Shown here: in pieces, positions 27,591 through 36,213 of the stretch
How positions within the stretch are numbered: position 1 is the first letter of the stretch
Layout: every line of letters starts with the position of its first letter
IMG/VR virus record: IMGVR_UViG_3300025789_000002
Strand: one strand, 5' to 3'
Length of the DNA stretch: 64,000 nt
Origin: an uncultured virus (IMG/VR IMGVR_UViG_3300025789_000002)
Taxonomy: Duplodnaviria > Heunggongvirae > Uroviricota > Caudoviricetes
The notes under the pieces: model-generated
What the model was told of the DNA's origin: nothing
Databases searched by the model: none
Seen by the model: only the letters and a program-made list of their open reading frames with translations
Made by a program: the position numbers and the translations under genes

Positions 27591-27614
27591 ACCCCGCTAT
27601 ATGCGGGGTTTTTT
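27591..27614 (+). terminator. Intrinsic terminator
   Basis: ACCCCGC-TATAT-GCGGGGT plus T run. Confidence 0.8.
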
Positions 27615-27743
27615 ATTATGTAGGATTTGTTTAGGTGTGCTATGTCGTTCCTATACAACAGAGAACTGGCGGGACAAGCGTGCGACGCAAAAGGAACGAG
27701 CCACAAAACGCAATCAAATCAACGCCTTAGGAAGGACAACCCC

Positions 27744-27772
27744 TTGACAAAGTAAAGACTTTATGGTATACT
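27744..27772 (+). promoter_or_regulatory. Strong sigma70 early promoter
   Basis: TTGACA-17bp-(TG)TATACT. Confidence 0.85.
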
Positions 27773-27803
27773 AGAAGGGTAAGTAGAAATTCAAACTCAA
27801 TCA

Positions 27804-27833
27804 GGACAAACTTAGCAACACCTAAGAATGTCC
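27804..27833 (+). repeat. 30-bp palindromic element
   Basis: Spacer CAACAC. Confidence 0.9.
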
Positions 27834-27852
27834 ACAGCAAAAGGATATAAAC

Positions 27853-28110
27853 ATGAAGCGACTAGCAAGCCATGAATCACACCGCTATTTCTGCGTAGCT
27901 AATATTGCCAAAGACTGCGACACCTATGTTGATGGCGAGCGTGCAGACATTCTAAACAACCAACACCGACCACTAACTTGCTTAAAGTGTGGCGATGTCA
28001 TTGCCAAAAGCAAGAAGCACATCGTGCAGATACCCTATTCCAAAGGTGCGTATCAATATATCCACAACCCGCAAGACTTATTCTTTACTAACCCAAAGAG
28101 GACAACATGA
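27853..28110 (+). CDS. Small Zn-ribbon early protein
   Basis: C..C and CLKCG; P.SKGAYQYI. Confidence 0.65.
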   Translation: MKRLASHESHRYFCVANIAKDCDTYVDGERADILNNQHRPLTCLKCGDVIAKSKKHIVQIPYSKGAYQYIHNPQDLFFTNPKRTT

Positions 28111-28250
28111 GCAACCCATATATCTATAACCCAACCAAAAAGCTAGTGCCTTGGACACCGAGAACCCAAGAGCAGTATCTCGACTTTGTTAAACGAGTGT
28201 ATGCAATGCACAAGCGACTTGGGTTTGAACCACCGAAGAGGACAACATGA
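28107..28250 (+). CDS. 47-aa early peptide
   Basis: Read by hand (MSNPYIYNPTKK...PKRTT); ATGA overlaps at both ends. Confidence 0.6.
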   Translation: MSNPYIYNPTKKLVPWTPRTQEQYLDFVKRVYAMHKRLGFEPPKRTT

Positions 28251-28474
28251 GCGTAATGATTGAAGCGAACAACAACTGGCGCAAGTTTATAGACCAGCTA
28301 GAAGCGAACAACCCTGATGTGTATAAAAACATATGGCTAAAAGCACCCGCAAGCGACCCAAAAGTAATAAGCGAGGACTACCATGCGTGGCGCAACCTAG
28401 TTCAACAAGCGTTTTTTGAGGGGTATGAAGCGGGTTTTACTGACAGATTATTTAAAGGAGATAGAGATGAGTAA
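28247..28474 (+). CDS. Early hypothetical protein
   Basis: Coupled start; F.EGYEAG motif. Confidence 0.6.
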   Translation: MSVMIEANNNWRKFIDQLEANNPDVYKNIWLKAPASDPKVISEDYHAWRNLVQQAFFEGYEAGFTDRLFKGDRDE

Positions 28475-28679
28475 GACAAACTTAGCAGAACCTAAGAATG
28501 TCCAAGAAAACGACAGAGGACAATGGTTTGACGATGGACTAACTAAAGCATTTAGATATGCTGAGAGTAACAAAGTAGTAAAGATAGACCGCAAAGGGGT
28601 TGCATGTGACGCATATCTTGATGGGTTTTTAGAAGGCATTGCTTACTATATTTTAGAAAGGAGACAGAACGATGAGTGA
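28467..28679 (+). CDS. Early hypothetical protein
   Basis: AAGGAG RBS; start MSKTNLAEPKNVQ. Confidence 0.6.
   Translation: MSKTNLAEPKNVQENDRGQWFDDGLTKAFRYAESNKVVKIDRKGVACDAYLDGFLEGIAYYILERRQNDE
28474..28503 (+). repeat. 30-bp palindromic element (inside CDS)
   Basis: AGACA-AA-CTTAG-CAGAAC-CTAAG-AA-TGTCC. Confidence 0.85.
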
Positions 28680-28845
28680 TGTAAATAGCAGAGCAGACGA
28701 AGCATGGAGAAAAATTAACCACCGCTACGACAAATACAGTAGTGATGAATTCTTTGTGCTTTATGAATTGTTTGTGGAAGCATTTGGGCTTGGCGAAGAA
28801 AGCGTATTAAGTATTTGGGAAAGGGCGGGTGGAAAAGTTGACTGA
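28672..28845 (+). CDS. 57-aa early peptide
   Basis: GAAAGGAG RBS; MSDVNSRADEAWRK..., read by hand. Confidence 0.5.
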   Translation: MSDVNSRADEAWRKINHRYDKYSSDEFFVLYELFVEAFGLGEESVLSIWERAGGKVD

Positions 28846-29044
28846 ATATTACAAAGGGCAACGCATTAGCGAGTTGCTTGAGCACATAGAAGAAATGGAA
28901 GGGCGACTCAAGACTTTGGTGCAAATAGCAACTGAGCACCCCGATGAACCCTTTTCTTTAGCGCAGTATGAAGAAGTAGCACAGGGCTATACATCGCTTG
29001 CCCTAGCAAAAGCGAAGTTTAAAGCATTACAAGGAGAGAAGTGA
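28829..29044 (+). CDS. Early hypothetical protein
   Basis: ORF track; overlaps both neighbours. Confidence 0.55.
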   Translation: MEKLTEYYKGQRISELLEHIEEMEGRLKTLVQIATEHPDEPFSLAQYEEVAQGYTSLALAKAKFKALQGEK

Positions 29045-29262
29045 TGAACATGATGCACGATTTACACCAAGACTTGTCGGAGTTTATTCCCGATGAGCGT
29101 GACCAAGCGACCCTGTTAGAAATCTTTTGGGGTTTGAACGACAAGCATGGCGATGCCGACAGTCGTAAAAAAATTGCTATGCAAATCGTCGACCTACGCA
29201 ATATCTATGGCGACTTGCTTGACGATGCGGTTGAGGTTCTCTACCAGTATAAGAACAAATGA
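29041..29262 (+). CDS. Early hypothetical protein
   Basis: AAGGAG RBS; coupled start. Confidence 0.6.
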   Translation: MMNMMHDLHQDLSEFIPDERDQATLLEIFWGLNDKHGDADSRKKIAMQIVDLRNIYGDLLDDAVEVLYQYKNK

Positions 29263-29398
29263 CACCAAGCGAACGAAGCGAACTACAAACCCTAATTGAC
29301 AACTTATCACTCATTAACATAGAAAGGACACCCGCATCACTCGTAAGACTAATAGCATTGCAAGCAAGAGATGTATTAGAGAAGTTAATAAGAGAATC

Positions 29399-29428
29399 GG
29401 ACAGACTTAGCAAGCCCTAAGAATGTCC
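29399..29428 (+). repeat. 30-bp palindromic element
   Basis: GGACA-GA-CTTAG-CAAGCC-CTAAG-AA-TGTCC. Confidence 0.85.
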
Positions 29429-29452
29429 ACAAACCAACGAAAGGAAGTAAAT

Positions 29453-29731
29453 ATGTATTGGAATAATAGAGTAGTAAGAACCCTATCTCGTTACGAGCAT
29501 GAGGGACAAGCAGTAGCAGAGCCTTACTTTGAAATCAGCGAGGTTTTCTACAACGACAAGGGTCAGCCATGTGGCTACACCTCGACAAGTATTGGCGGGG
29601 AAACACCTGAGGAAATGCGTGAGGTATACGAGAGAATGGCGGAAGCATTTGAGCACCCTGTTCTCGATGCTGAGACTGACTTTAATAATAAGTTTGAAGA
29701 AGATGAGGAGGATGGACATGAATTCGCTTGA
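29453..29731 (+). CDS. Acidic early protein
   Basis: GAAAGGA RBS; MYWNNRVV...I.EVFY...G.P motif. Confidence 0.7.
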   Translation: MYWNNRVVRTLSRYEHEGQAVAEPYFEISEVFYNDKGQPCGYTSTSIGGETPEEMREVYERMAEAFEHPVLDAETDFNNKFEEDEEDGHEFA

Positions 29732-29927
29732 GAAAAACTTAAGACCTGTCCCCCGCACATTGGATGAGGCAACACGCAACGCAACATATGCATCATCTAT
29801 TCAGGCATTTAAGAGCGACACACAAGAAGCGTGGGAGTTCTTGCTCGGTGCAGTTTATGGGTTCATCATGGTCGGTTGGGCATTTATTGCAATCGGCTTA
29901 GTTCTTTACTATTTCTTTGGAGGTTAA
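29718..29927 (+). CDS. Small membrane protein
   Basis: PRTL.EA motif plus C-terminal TM segment. Confidence 0.6.
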   Translation: MNSLEKNLRPVPRTLDEATRNATYASSIQAFKSDTQEAWEFLLGAVYGFIMVGWAFIAIGLVLYYFFGG

Positions 29928-29928
29928 T

Positions 29929-30885
29929 ATGGGTTGGGGTTATGGAAATTGCGGTAGATTAAAACCACTATCTACTTATCAGCAAGCACAGGAACACTTT
30001 AACTGGGTGACTCCTATTCGTGGTCGTAGCAAAGAAACTAAACCATTGGGTTTAAACCGACGCTATACGCACTATCTTATCAAAGAGAATATGCGAGTGG
30101 TTGACGATGGTTGTCTAGGTGCGTGGCAGAAGACTTACTCTGCTAATCTGTATAACACGGATATGGTTGAGTGGTATCCCAATGGCGATATTGCGATAGG
30201 AACTGGTGGTTGGCAGTCGCCGACGAGTCACGCATTTATAAATTACACCATCCAAGATTTGGGGTTCATCGAATCGTGGAGTGGCAAGTGGTATTTCACT
30301 AATAAGGAACAGAAAAGGTTTTTACTCAAGGGTAAGACTAAAGATAGGCTCGTGTTAGTTAATACTGGTCGCCAAGTCCAAACCTATGCTAGAGGAATGT
30401 GTGATGTATATGAGCCAGCTCATCCAATACAAGAGCATAAATACTCAGCGAACAGAAAAGAAATGAATCATCTAAAAAAATACTACGCACCATTTGTTGA
30501 GTATGGCAAGAATATGCTACTCATCGACAATAAGTTTGACTACAACGAGGAAGAGAATAAGAGAGTCTTTAACAAGTGGGCAAGTCCACACATGATTTCG
30601 TATGGGTATCACAGAGAGGAAGCCAAGCGAAATAGGAATTTCTTTATGACTAAGGTTGGTGAATTTATTGATGAGGGCAGTATGAACTTAGAACTAGCCT
30701 ATAACTTAGCATTACTTTGTGCGAAGTCTATATCGGGCTGGGGACAGCGTTGTATGCCCCAAGAGTTTGAGGCGCATTTCATCGAGTTAATAAGGAATCA
30801 CCATAATAAAGAAGTATTTAGAGCAACTCCTATGCCAATAGGTGAAGCATTTACTGACCGCAACGCAAAGTATTTTTTAGTTTAA
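29929..30885 (+). CDS. Early hypothetical protein
   Basis: GGAGG RBS; 318-aa ORF. Confidence 0.75.
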   Translation: MGWGYGNCGRLKPLSTYQQAQEHFNWVTPIRGRSKETKPLGLNRRYTHYLIKENMRVVDDGCLGAWQKTYSANLYNTDMVEWYPNGDIAIGTGGWQSPTSHAFINYTIQDLGFIESWSGKWYFTNKEQKRFLLKGKTKDRLVLVNTGRQVQTYARGMCDVYEPAHPIQEHKYSANRKEMNHLKKYYAPFVEYGKNMLLIDNKFDYNEEENKRVFNKWASPHMISYGYHREEAKRNRNFFMTKVGEFIDEGSMNLELAYNLALLCAKSISGWGQRCMPQEFEAHFIELIRNHHNKEVFRATPMPIGEAFTDRNAKYFLV

Positions 30886-30901
30886 TAGTAGTTAACCCAA
30901 C

Positions 30902-30931
30902 GGACAAACTTAGCAAGACCTAAGAATGTCC
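30902..30931 (+). repeat. 30-bp palindromic element
   Basis: Spacer CAAGAC; upstream of the AAA gene RBS. Confidence 0.9.
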
Positions 30932-30953
30932 ACAACAACGGAAGGAAGTAACC

Positions 30954-32048
30954 ATGTCTGAAGTATTTTTGAATAAAGTAGCAACTCTAGTAGAAGCAGA
31001 GAACCTTATCCTCTCTATTGGTGCTAACGGAACAGTTCACTTAGTTGGTGAGCCAGGTGTAGGCAAGACCTCAATGTTTAAGAACATCGTGCGTCGCACA
31101 GGCTTCAAAGGTATCTATATTGATGCACCGAACATCGAACTAGGCGAATTAGGTATTCCAATCCCTGACCATGCTACTAAGACAACGCGTATCTATCCCA
31201 ACGAGCAATGGGGATTTCATGTTAATGAGCCAAAGGTAATCTTCATCGACGAGTTCACTAAAGCACACAACGCAGTTAAGAATATGCTTCATCCTATGCT
31301 TAACGAACCACGAATGATTATGGGTATCCCATTGCACGAGAAAGATATTGTCGTAACGGCAGGTAATTACTCAGGCGACGGGGTAGGCGATAACATGATG
31401 GCTCACTCTCGTAATCGTGTGACTGTCGTGCAAGTTAAGAAACCTCATGCGGGTTTGAATCCTGATGGCTCTATTGATCCTGATTCTTGGGGTGCATGGG
31501 CGGTGGATAATGACATTGCTCCTGAGGTTCTAGCATGGGTTAAGGAAACTCCTCATTGCTTGGCTTCATATCTCGATGGCGCACAGGCGGGGAATAAGTA
31601 TATCTTTAACCCTAAGGAAGCACAGAAGTCTTTTGTTTCTCCTCGCTCTCTTGCTAGAGCATCAGCAATTCTTAAGGCACGCTTAGGAGTAACTACCAAC
31701 GCAACTATTTGTGCGCTAGAGGGAACGATTGGTGCTCCTGCGGCTCGGGATTTGATGTCTTATGTGGAAGTCGCCGACTCGCTACCAACTTGGGCTGATA
31801 TTCTTAAGAGTCCACAGACTGCGATTGTGCCTAACTCACCCGCCGCATTGTGCTTGCTAGCTTTCTCTGCGGTGCAAAAGGTTGATAGGGAATCTATTAG
31901 TAAGTTCTTTGAATACCTCAAGCGAACTCCAAAGGAATTGCAATCGGTGTTCTGCTTAACAGGCATGAAGAACGACGACAAGAAAAAATTGTTCTTAACA
32001 AGCCAATCATTCACGACATGGATGCGTGAGAACCAATACCTATTCTAA
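30954..32048 (+). CDS. MoxR/dynein-related AAA+ ATPase
   Basis: GEPGVGKT Walker A, IFIDE Walker B, AGN sensor 1, SPRS sensor 2. Confidence 0.9.
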   Translation: MSEVFLNKVATLVEAENLILSIGANGTVHLVGEPGVGKTSMFKNIVRRTGFKGIYIDAPNIELGELGIPIPDHATKTTRIYPNEQWGFHVNEPKVIFIDEFTKAHNAVKNMLHPMLNEPRMIMGIPLHEKDIVVTAGNYSGDGVGDNMMAHSRNRVTVVQVKKPHAGLNPDGSIDPDSWGAWAVDNDIAPEVLAWVKETPHCLASYLDGAQAGNKYIFNPKEAQKSFVSPRSLARASAILKARLGVTTNATICALEGTIGAPAARDLMSYVEVADSLPTWADILKSPQTAIVPNSPAALCLLAFSAVQKVDRESISKFFEYLKRTPKELQSVFCLTGMKNDDKKKLFLTSQSFTTWMRENQYLF

Positions 32049-32167
32049 GGAGATAGCATGGAAGATTTACCGAAAGACATAAGGGAGTTGGTGTTGTATG
32101 CATTGCAAGATGTAATGAACCGACTACATAGAATTGAAGAAATGCTTTGTGATAACGAGGAAGAAGA

Positions 32168-32374
32168 ATGAAAGAAATTGTAGATGCAATGCGTGAGCAT
32201 AGTCGTATCAAAGCCGAAGCGAAAAGGAATAACCTTGAACTGATGAAGTTAGCGGTGCAGACAGGGTTGCCTCAAGAAGAGGCTTTGAAAATAAATCTGT
32301 CTATGTATTTAGATGGTTACTTAATGGCATTAGGGCATATGCCCGCACACAGAAGAGGAGTTGTAAATGATTGA
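32168..32374 (+). CDS. Hypothetical protein
   Basis: ORF track. Confidence 0.5.
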   Translation: MKEIVDAMREHSRIKAEAKRNNLELMKLAVQTGLPQEEALKINLSMYLDGYLMALGHMPAHRRGVVND

Positions 32375-32564
32375 GATTACCTACGCAGATTTGTTCCTAT
32401 TCGTTGTTATTGTGTTGGTGTCAACTCTCTGGTTGAAGGCAAAGGCAGAGATGGTCATGCAAAAACGAGCCATGATGCAAGGGTTGTATGCCTTGTATCA
32501 TGGTGAGGCTGAAGTAATCGTTGATGAAGAAGAAGGTTCAATCCGTTTACAGGAGAAAGTATGA
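32367..32564 (+). CDS. Small membrane protein
   Basis: N-terminal TM segment; AGGAG RBS. Confidence 0.55.
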   Translation: MIEITYADLFLFVVIVLVSTLWLKAKAEMVMQKRAMMQGLYALYHGEAEVIVDEEEGSIRLQEKV

Positions 32565-33751
32565 GTAAGTTAACAGCAGAACAGCGCATCGAACGCACCC
32601 ATGTTCAGCTAATGAAGCACCCCAATTTTTGTTTGTTCTCGGGGTTGTTCATGGTGGGCAAGGTGTCGGTAGATGATGAGTGTCCTAGTGCTAAGACCAA
32701 TGGGGTTGATGTAACCTATGGTCGTGGGTTCGTGGATAGTTTGAGCGACAAGGCTTTGGCTTTCGTTATATTGCACGAGAATATGCACAAGGCTTATCGT
32801 CACTTGGTGGTATGGACAAACTTGCACAAGAAGAACGCACAGTTAGCTAATGCGGCTTGTGACTATGTTATCAATCTACAAATCCGTGACTATGACCCTG
32901 ATGGTCGTGATACTGAGATGCCTGTCGACGCCGACGGCAATGTGATGGGACTTATCGACGAGAAGTATCGTGGTATGGATGCGGCTCAAGTCTTTAGATT
33001 GCTAGAGGAAGAGCATGGCGGTGGCGGTGGTGGCGGTGGTCAAGGTATAGATGACCATGACTGGGAAGGCGCACAGGAAGCAACACCTGAGGAACAAGAA
33101 GCGATTACTAACGAGATCGAGCGAGCATTGCGACAAGGCGGTATCTTGGCGGGCAAGATGGGTGGTAAGGTTTCTAAAGAAATGCAAGACCTCTTAACTC
33201 CTAAGGTTGACTGGCGAGAAGCCTTGCGTGATTTCGTTAAGACTTCTACTCAGGGTAAAGACCAAACGACTTGGCGTCGGTTGCATAAACGCTATATCGG
33301 TTGCGACATCATCATGCCATCATCTTATGATGAGAAGGTTGGCGGTATCTTAATTGGTATCGACACCTCAGGTTCTATTGGTGGGGAGGAACTGGCGGGG
33401 TTCTTGGGTGAGGTCAAATCCATTTGTGATGAAGTTGCGCCTGAGAAAATTGACTTACTTTATTGGGACACCCATGTGGCATCTCACGAAGTATGGCAAG
33501 GCAACGACCTAGCTGGTCTTACAGAATCAACTAAACCAGCGGGCGGTGGCGGAACAGAGCCAGCTTGTGTGCCTAAGTATATGAAGAAAGAAGCATTAGA
33601 CCCTGAGTGTGTCATCATGCTAACTGATGGATACATCGGAACGCAGAACCCAAACGATTGGGAGATAGGCAAGCCTATTCTATGGTGCATCAAAGGTAAC
33701 GAGCGCTTTAATAGTTCTCAAGTATCAGGAAAGGTGGTTCATGTGGAATGA
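32561..33751 (+). CDS. Metallopeptidase-like plus VWA domain protein (DUF2201 type)
   Basis: HENMH (HExxH), N.A.DY.IN, DTSGS MIDAS, GGGGT, LTDGY. Confidence 0.9.
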   Translation: MSKLTAEQRIERTHVQLMKHPNFCLFSGLFMVGKVSVDDECPSAKTNGVDVTYGRGFVDSLSDKALAFVILHENMHKAYRHLVVWTNLHKKNAQLANAACDYVINLQIRDYDPDGRDTEMPVDADGNVMGLIDEKYRGMDAAQVFRLLEEEHGGGGGGGGQGIDDHDWEGAQEATPEEQEAITNEIERALRQGGILAGKMGGKVSKEMQDLLTPKVDWREALRDFVKTSTQGKDQTTWRRLHKRYIGCDIIMPSSYDEKVGGILIGIDTSGSIGGEELAGFLGEVKSICDEVAPEKIDLLYWDTHVASHEVWQGNDLAGLTESTKPAGGGGTEPACVPKYMKKEALDPECVIMLTDGYIGTQNPNDWEIGKPILWCIKGNERFNSSQVSGKVVHVE

Positions 33752-34028
33752 TAAAAAACCGTGGTGGCAGAAACCTAAAGGCGACCCTAAAAAGGTAGTC
33801 GATAGGCAGTATGCCAAGAATTGGTGCGTGTTTGTGCAAAAGCTTGGTGTATATGACCCTAACAGTTGGGGTATGAAAGTAATGATTCATTACACAGCTT
33901 GCGCCAAACTCAATGTGCCTAGATTTCTGCATCAAACACAGGAAGAAGTAGTGGTAGTAGATAACTTAACTAAGCAAGAGGCAAACGAAGTAGCCAAAGG
34001 CTTAAACTTTTTAGATGGACAAACTTAG
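33741..34028 (+). CDS. Hypothetical protein
   Basis: ORF track; stop codon falls within the palindromic element. Confidence 0.55.
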   Translation: MWNDKKPWWQKPKGDPKKVVDRQYAKNWCVFVQKLGVYDPNSWGMKVMIHYTACAKLNVPRFLHQTQEEVVVVDNLTKQEANEVAKGLNFLDGQT

Positions 34029-34046
34029 GTAGAACTAAGAATGTCC
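34017..34046 (+). repeat. 30-bp palindromic element
   Basis: Spacer GTAGAA. Confidence 0.9.
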
Positions 34047-34064
34047 TTAACGATAGGAATGATT

Positions 34065-34967
34065 ATGAACCAAGAAAATAGTATTTCCATTGCATCTTCT
34101 GCAATGTTGGTAGAACTTAGCATTAGTGGTTGGAGTGCTAGGAAGTTAGACAAGCGTGCCTCGGCTCAAGTAGATATCACCAACTCTACCAAGACCAAAG
34201 CGGGTAACTATAACAAGAACCTATTAGCTGGCACAGGGTTCTTGGATACCATAACGAAGTATGCGGCACAGGCTCGTGCATGGCATCTAAGTCAGACATT
34301 GCCTTGGTCGGATAACGGCTTGCGTCTATTACCTATGGGTAGGTTTCTAGAGTATAAGGAGCAACTCAACACTCTGGAGGCAAACTACATGGCGCTAGTG
34401 GATAAGTTCGTCGTAGCGTATCCGAATCTGGTAAGTGCCGCCGCATTTCAGTTAGGTGATTTGTTTGACCGAAGCGAATATCCCGAGGTCGAGAAGATCC
34501 CAGCGAAATTCAAATTCTCGGTTAACTACTTGCCTGTCCCGATGGCTGGAGATTTCAGAGTAGACATTGGTGAGGAAGCGAAAGCCGAACTTGTTAAGTC
34601 ATGTGAAGATGCTTACAACGAGCGACTAGGTAATGCTATGAAAGATGCATGGGATAGATTACATGGTTGCTTGACCCGTATGTCTGACCGCTTGGCTGAT
34701 GAAGTAGTGGAGAAAGAAGTAGATGGACAGATTGTTCAAGTGTCTCAACGAAAACGAATCCACGACACAGTAATAGAGCATGGTGTCGAGTTAGTAGAAC
34801 TCCTGAAACACTTTAACCTCACAGGCGACGCTAGCATGGAGATGGCACGCAAGGACCTCGAGAGAGCAATCGGTGGTCACAATGCCGACGACCTCAAAGA
34901 CAGCGAGGCTATTCGCATGGGTGTTAAGAGCAAGGTCGATGCAATTCTCAGTAAGTTTTCTTTTTAA
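34065..34967 (+). CDS. Conserved early protein (DUF3150-like) associated with AAA/VWA
   Basis: SAMLV.L.IS.W.A.K.D...TLPW...G.RLLP...LG.LF...EYP. Confidence 0.7.
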   Translation: MNQENSISIASSAMLVELSISGWSARKLDKRASAQVDITNSTKTKAGNYNKNLLAGTGFLDTITKYAAQARAWHLSQTLPWSDNGLRLLPMGRFLEYKEQLNTLEANYMALVDKFVVAYPNLVSAAAFQLGDLFDRSEYPEVEKIPAKFKFSVNYLPVPMAGDFRVDIGEEAKAELVKSCEDAYNERLGNAMKDAWDRLHGCLTRMSDRLADEVVEKEVDGQIVQVSQRKRIHDTVIEHGVELVELLKHFNLTGDASMEMARKDLERAIGGHNADDLKDSEAIRMGVKSKVDAILSKFSF

Positions 34968-34976
34968 GGAGGAAGT

Positions 34977-35177
34977 ATGCGAAGTTATAAAGCACGCAAT
35001 AGGACTAAGTTAATAGCGGAGGCGAACAAGAACTCGCTAACCGCATTGCTTAAACAAGACATTCCTATCGAAGAGAAATATGCAATGGTGGAGGAGCGCA
35101 ACCCATTCCTTCATGCATTATTTATTAAGAAAGTTAAAGTTGTTATTAAAGGAGAAGAAGATGATTGTGGTAAATAG
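34977..35177 (+). CDS. Hypothetical protein
   Basis: AAGGAGG RBS. Confidence 0.55.
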   Translation: MRSYKARNRTKLIAEANKNSLTALLKQDIPIEEKYAMVEERNPFLHALFIKKVKVVIKGEEDDCGK

Positions 35178-36030
35178 AGACAAATTGAAGGCTGAGTATC
35201 GTTCCGACATTAAATACCTTGACGGATTGGAAAGTTTCTTAACCGATGTAGCATTAGCCAAGCCATTGCTAACTTATGATGTCGACGATATGTGTATCTC
35301 TAATGAGCGAACTAAGGATGCTAACGGCGACTTAAAGATAGAGAAGCAACTATATCGCATTAGAGTTTATGGTGCGGGGGAATACCTCGGGGATATTGGC
35401 ATCATCGACAGATGGCGTGGTGGTAGCAAAGAAAGGGCTTACCTAGTCGAGTGTTTTCGCATCAGCAAAGGGCGTGGCCGGCAGAATGGAACTACAACGA
35501 TTGACCCGAAGACTGCGTTGCGTGAGGCTAAGAAAGCATTTAACCCAAGACAAGACGACGAGTTAAAGACTCTTATCAAGAGCATGGTTAAGAATCAGGT
35601 TAACACTATGCTGGATCAGGCTCGTAGTTATTTGCGTTGGAACTTTGAGCAAGATGCTGAACTATGCCACTATGCCGTCGTAGCTTTTAACGCTAGGAAA
35701 AATGGTGACTTGTTTGCCAAGATGCCTGTACATCCAGTAACTGTTAAAGATACTAAAGAACACGATAAGCGTTGTGAAAAGTTTATAAATAGCCAAGAAC
35801 TTTTTGATGCTATAAACGCTAATCGAGGGTATGGCATTAGAACTAATATGGATAACACTCTAGTTGTATATAGCTACGCTACCGACACCGTTGGTAAGGT
35901 TAATTCGTTTGACGATTTGCCTGAGGCTATTCAGTCTAAGTTTGCTATGTTTAAGGTATTAGAGGCGAATGATCCTGTGGGTAGCATTGGGGTTAAACTA
36001 GCTGATAACTTTTATTATGTAATGCAATGA
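35161..36030 (+). CDS. Hypothetical protein
   Basis: AAGGAG RBS before MIVVNRD. Confidence 0.7.
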   Translation: MIVVNRDKLKAEYRSDIKYLDGLESFLTDVALAKPLLTYDVDDMCISNERTKDANGDLKIEKQLYRIRVYGAGEYLGDIGIIDRWRGGSKERAYLVECFRISKGRGRQNGTTTIDPKTALREAKKAFNPRQDDELKTLIKSMVKNQVNTMLDQARSYLRWNFEQDAELCHYAVVAFNARKNGDLFAKMPVHPVTVKDTKEHDKRCEKFINSQELFDAINANRGYGIRTNMDNTLVVYSYATDTVGKVNSFDDLPEAIQSKFAMFKVLEANDPVGSIGVKLADNFYYVMQ

Positions 36031-36044
36031 GGTATACTATGGTC

Positions 36045-36210
36045 AGGTTGACTTCATAGTTAATCCTTTCGTGAGGGTGGTTGGAATGTATGGCAGATGC
36101 AAACCAACTGGGATTACCTGATTAACATACTAGGATGTAATCTGCCTTACCTAGCGAATATGTATCCATATTCATCCTCCAAAACTAAGCCACCTTCGGG
36201 TGGCTTTTTT
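36045..36210 (+). ncRNA. Candidate structured sRNA
   Basis: TATACT at 36033; four stems with two possible pseudoknots; ends at an intrinsic terminator. Confidence 0.5.
36187..36210 (+). terminator. Intrinsic terminator
   Basis: AAGCCACC-TTCG-GGTGGCTT plus T run. Confidence 0.85.
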
Positions 36211-36213
36211 ATT

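Noticed and set aside
36111..36180. Hammerhead, HDV or twister ribozyme call for the 36 kb RNA
   Set aside because: CUGAUUA does not match the CUGAnGA core, no properly placed GAAA, and the other ribozyme consensus motifs could not be fitted by eye
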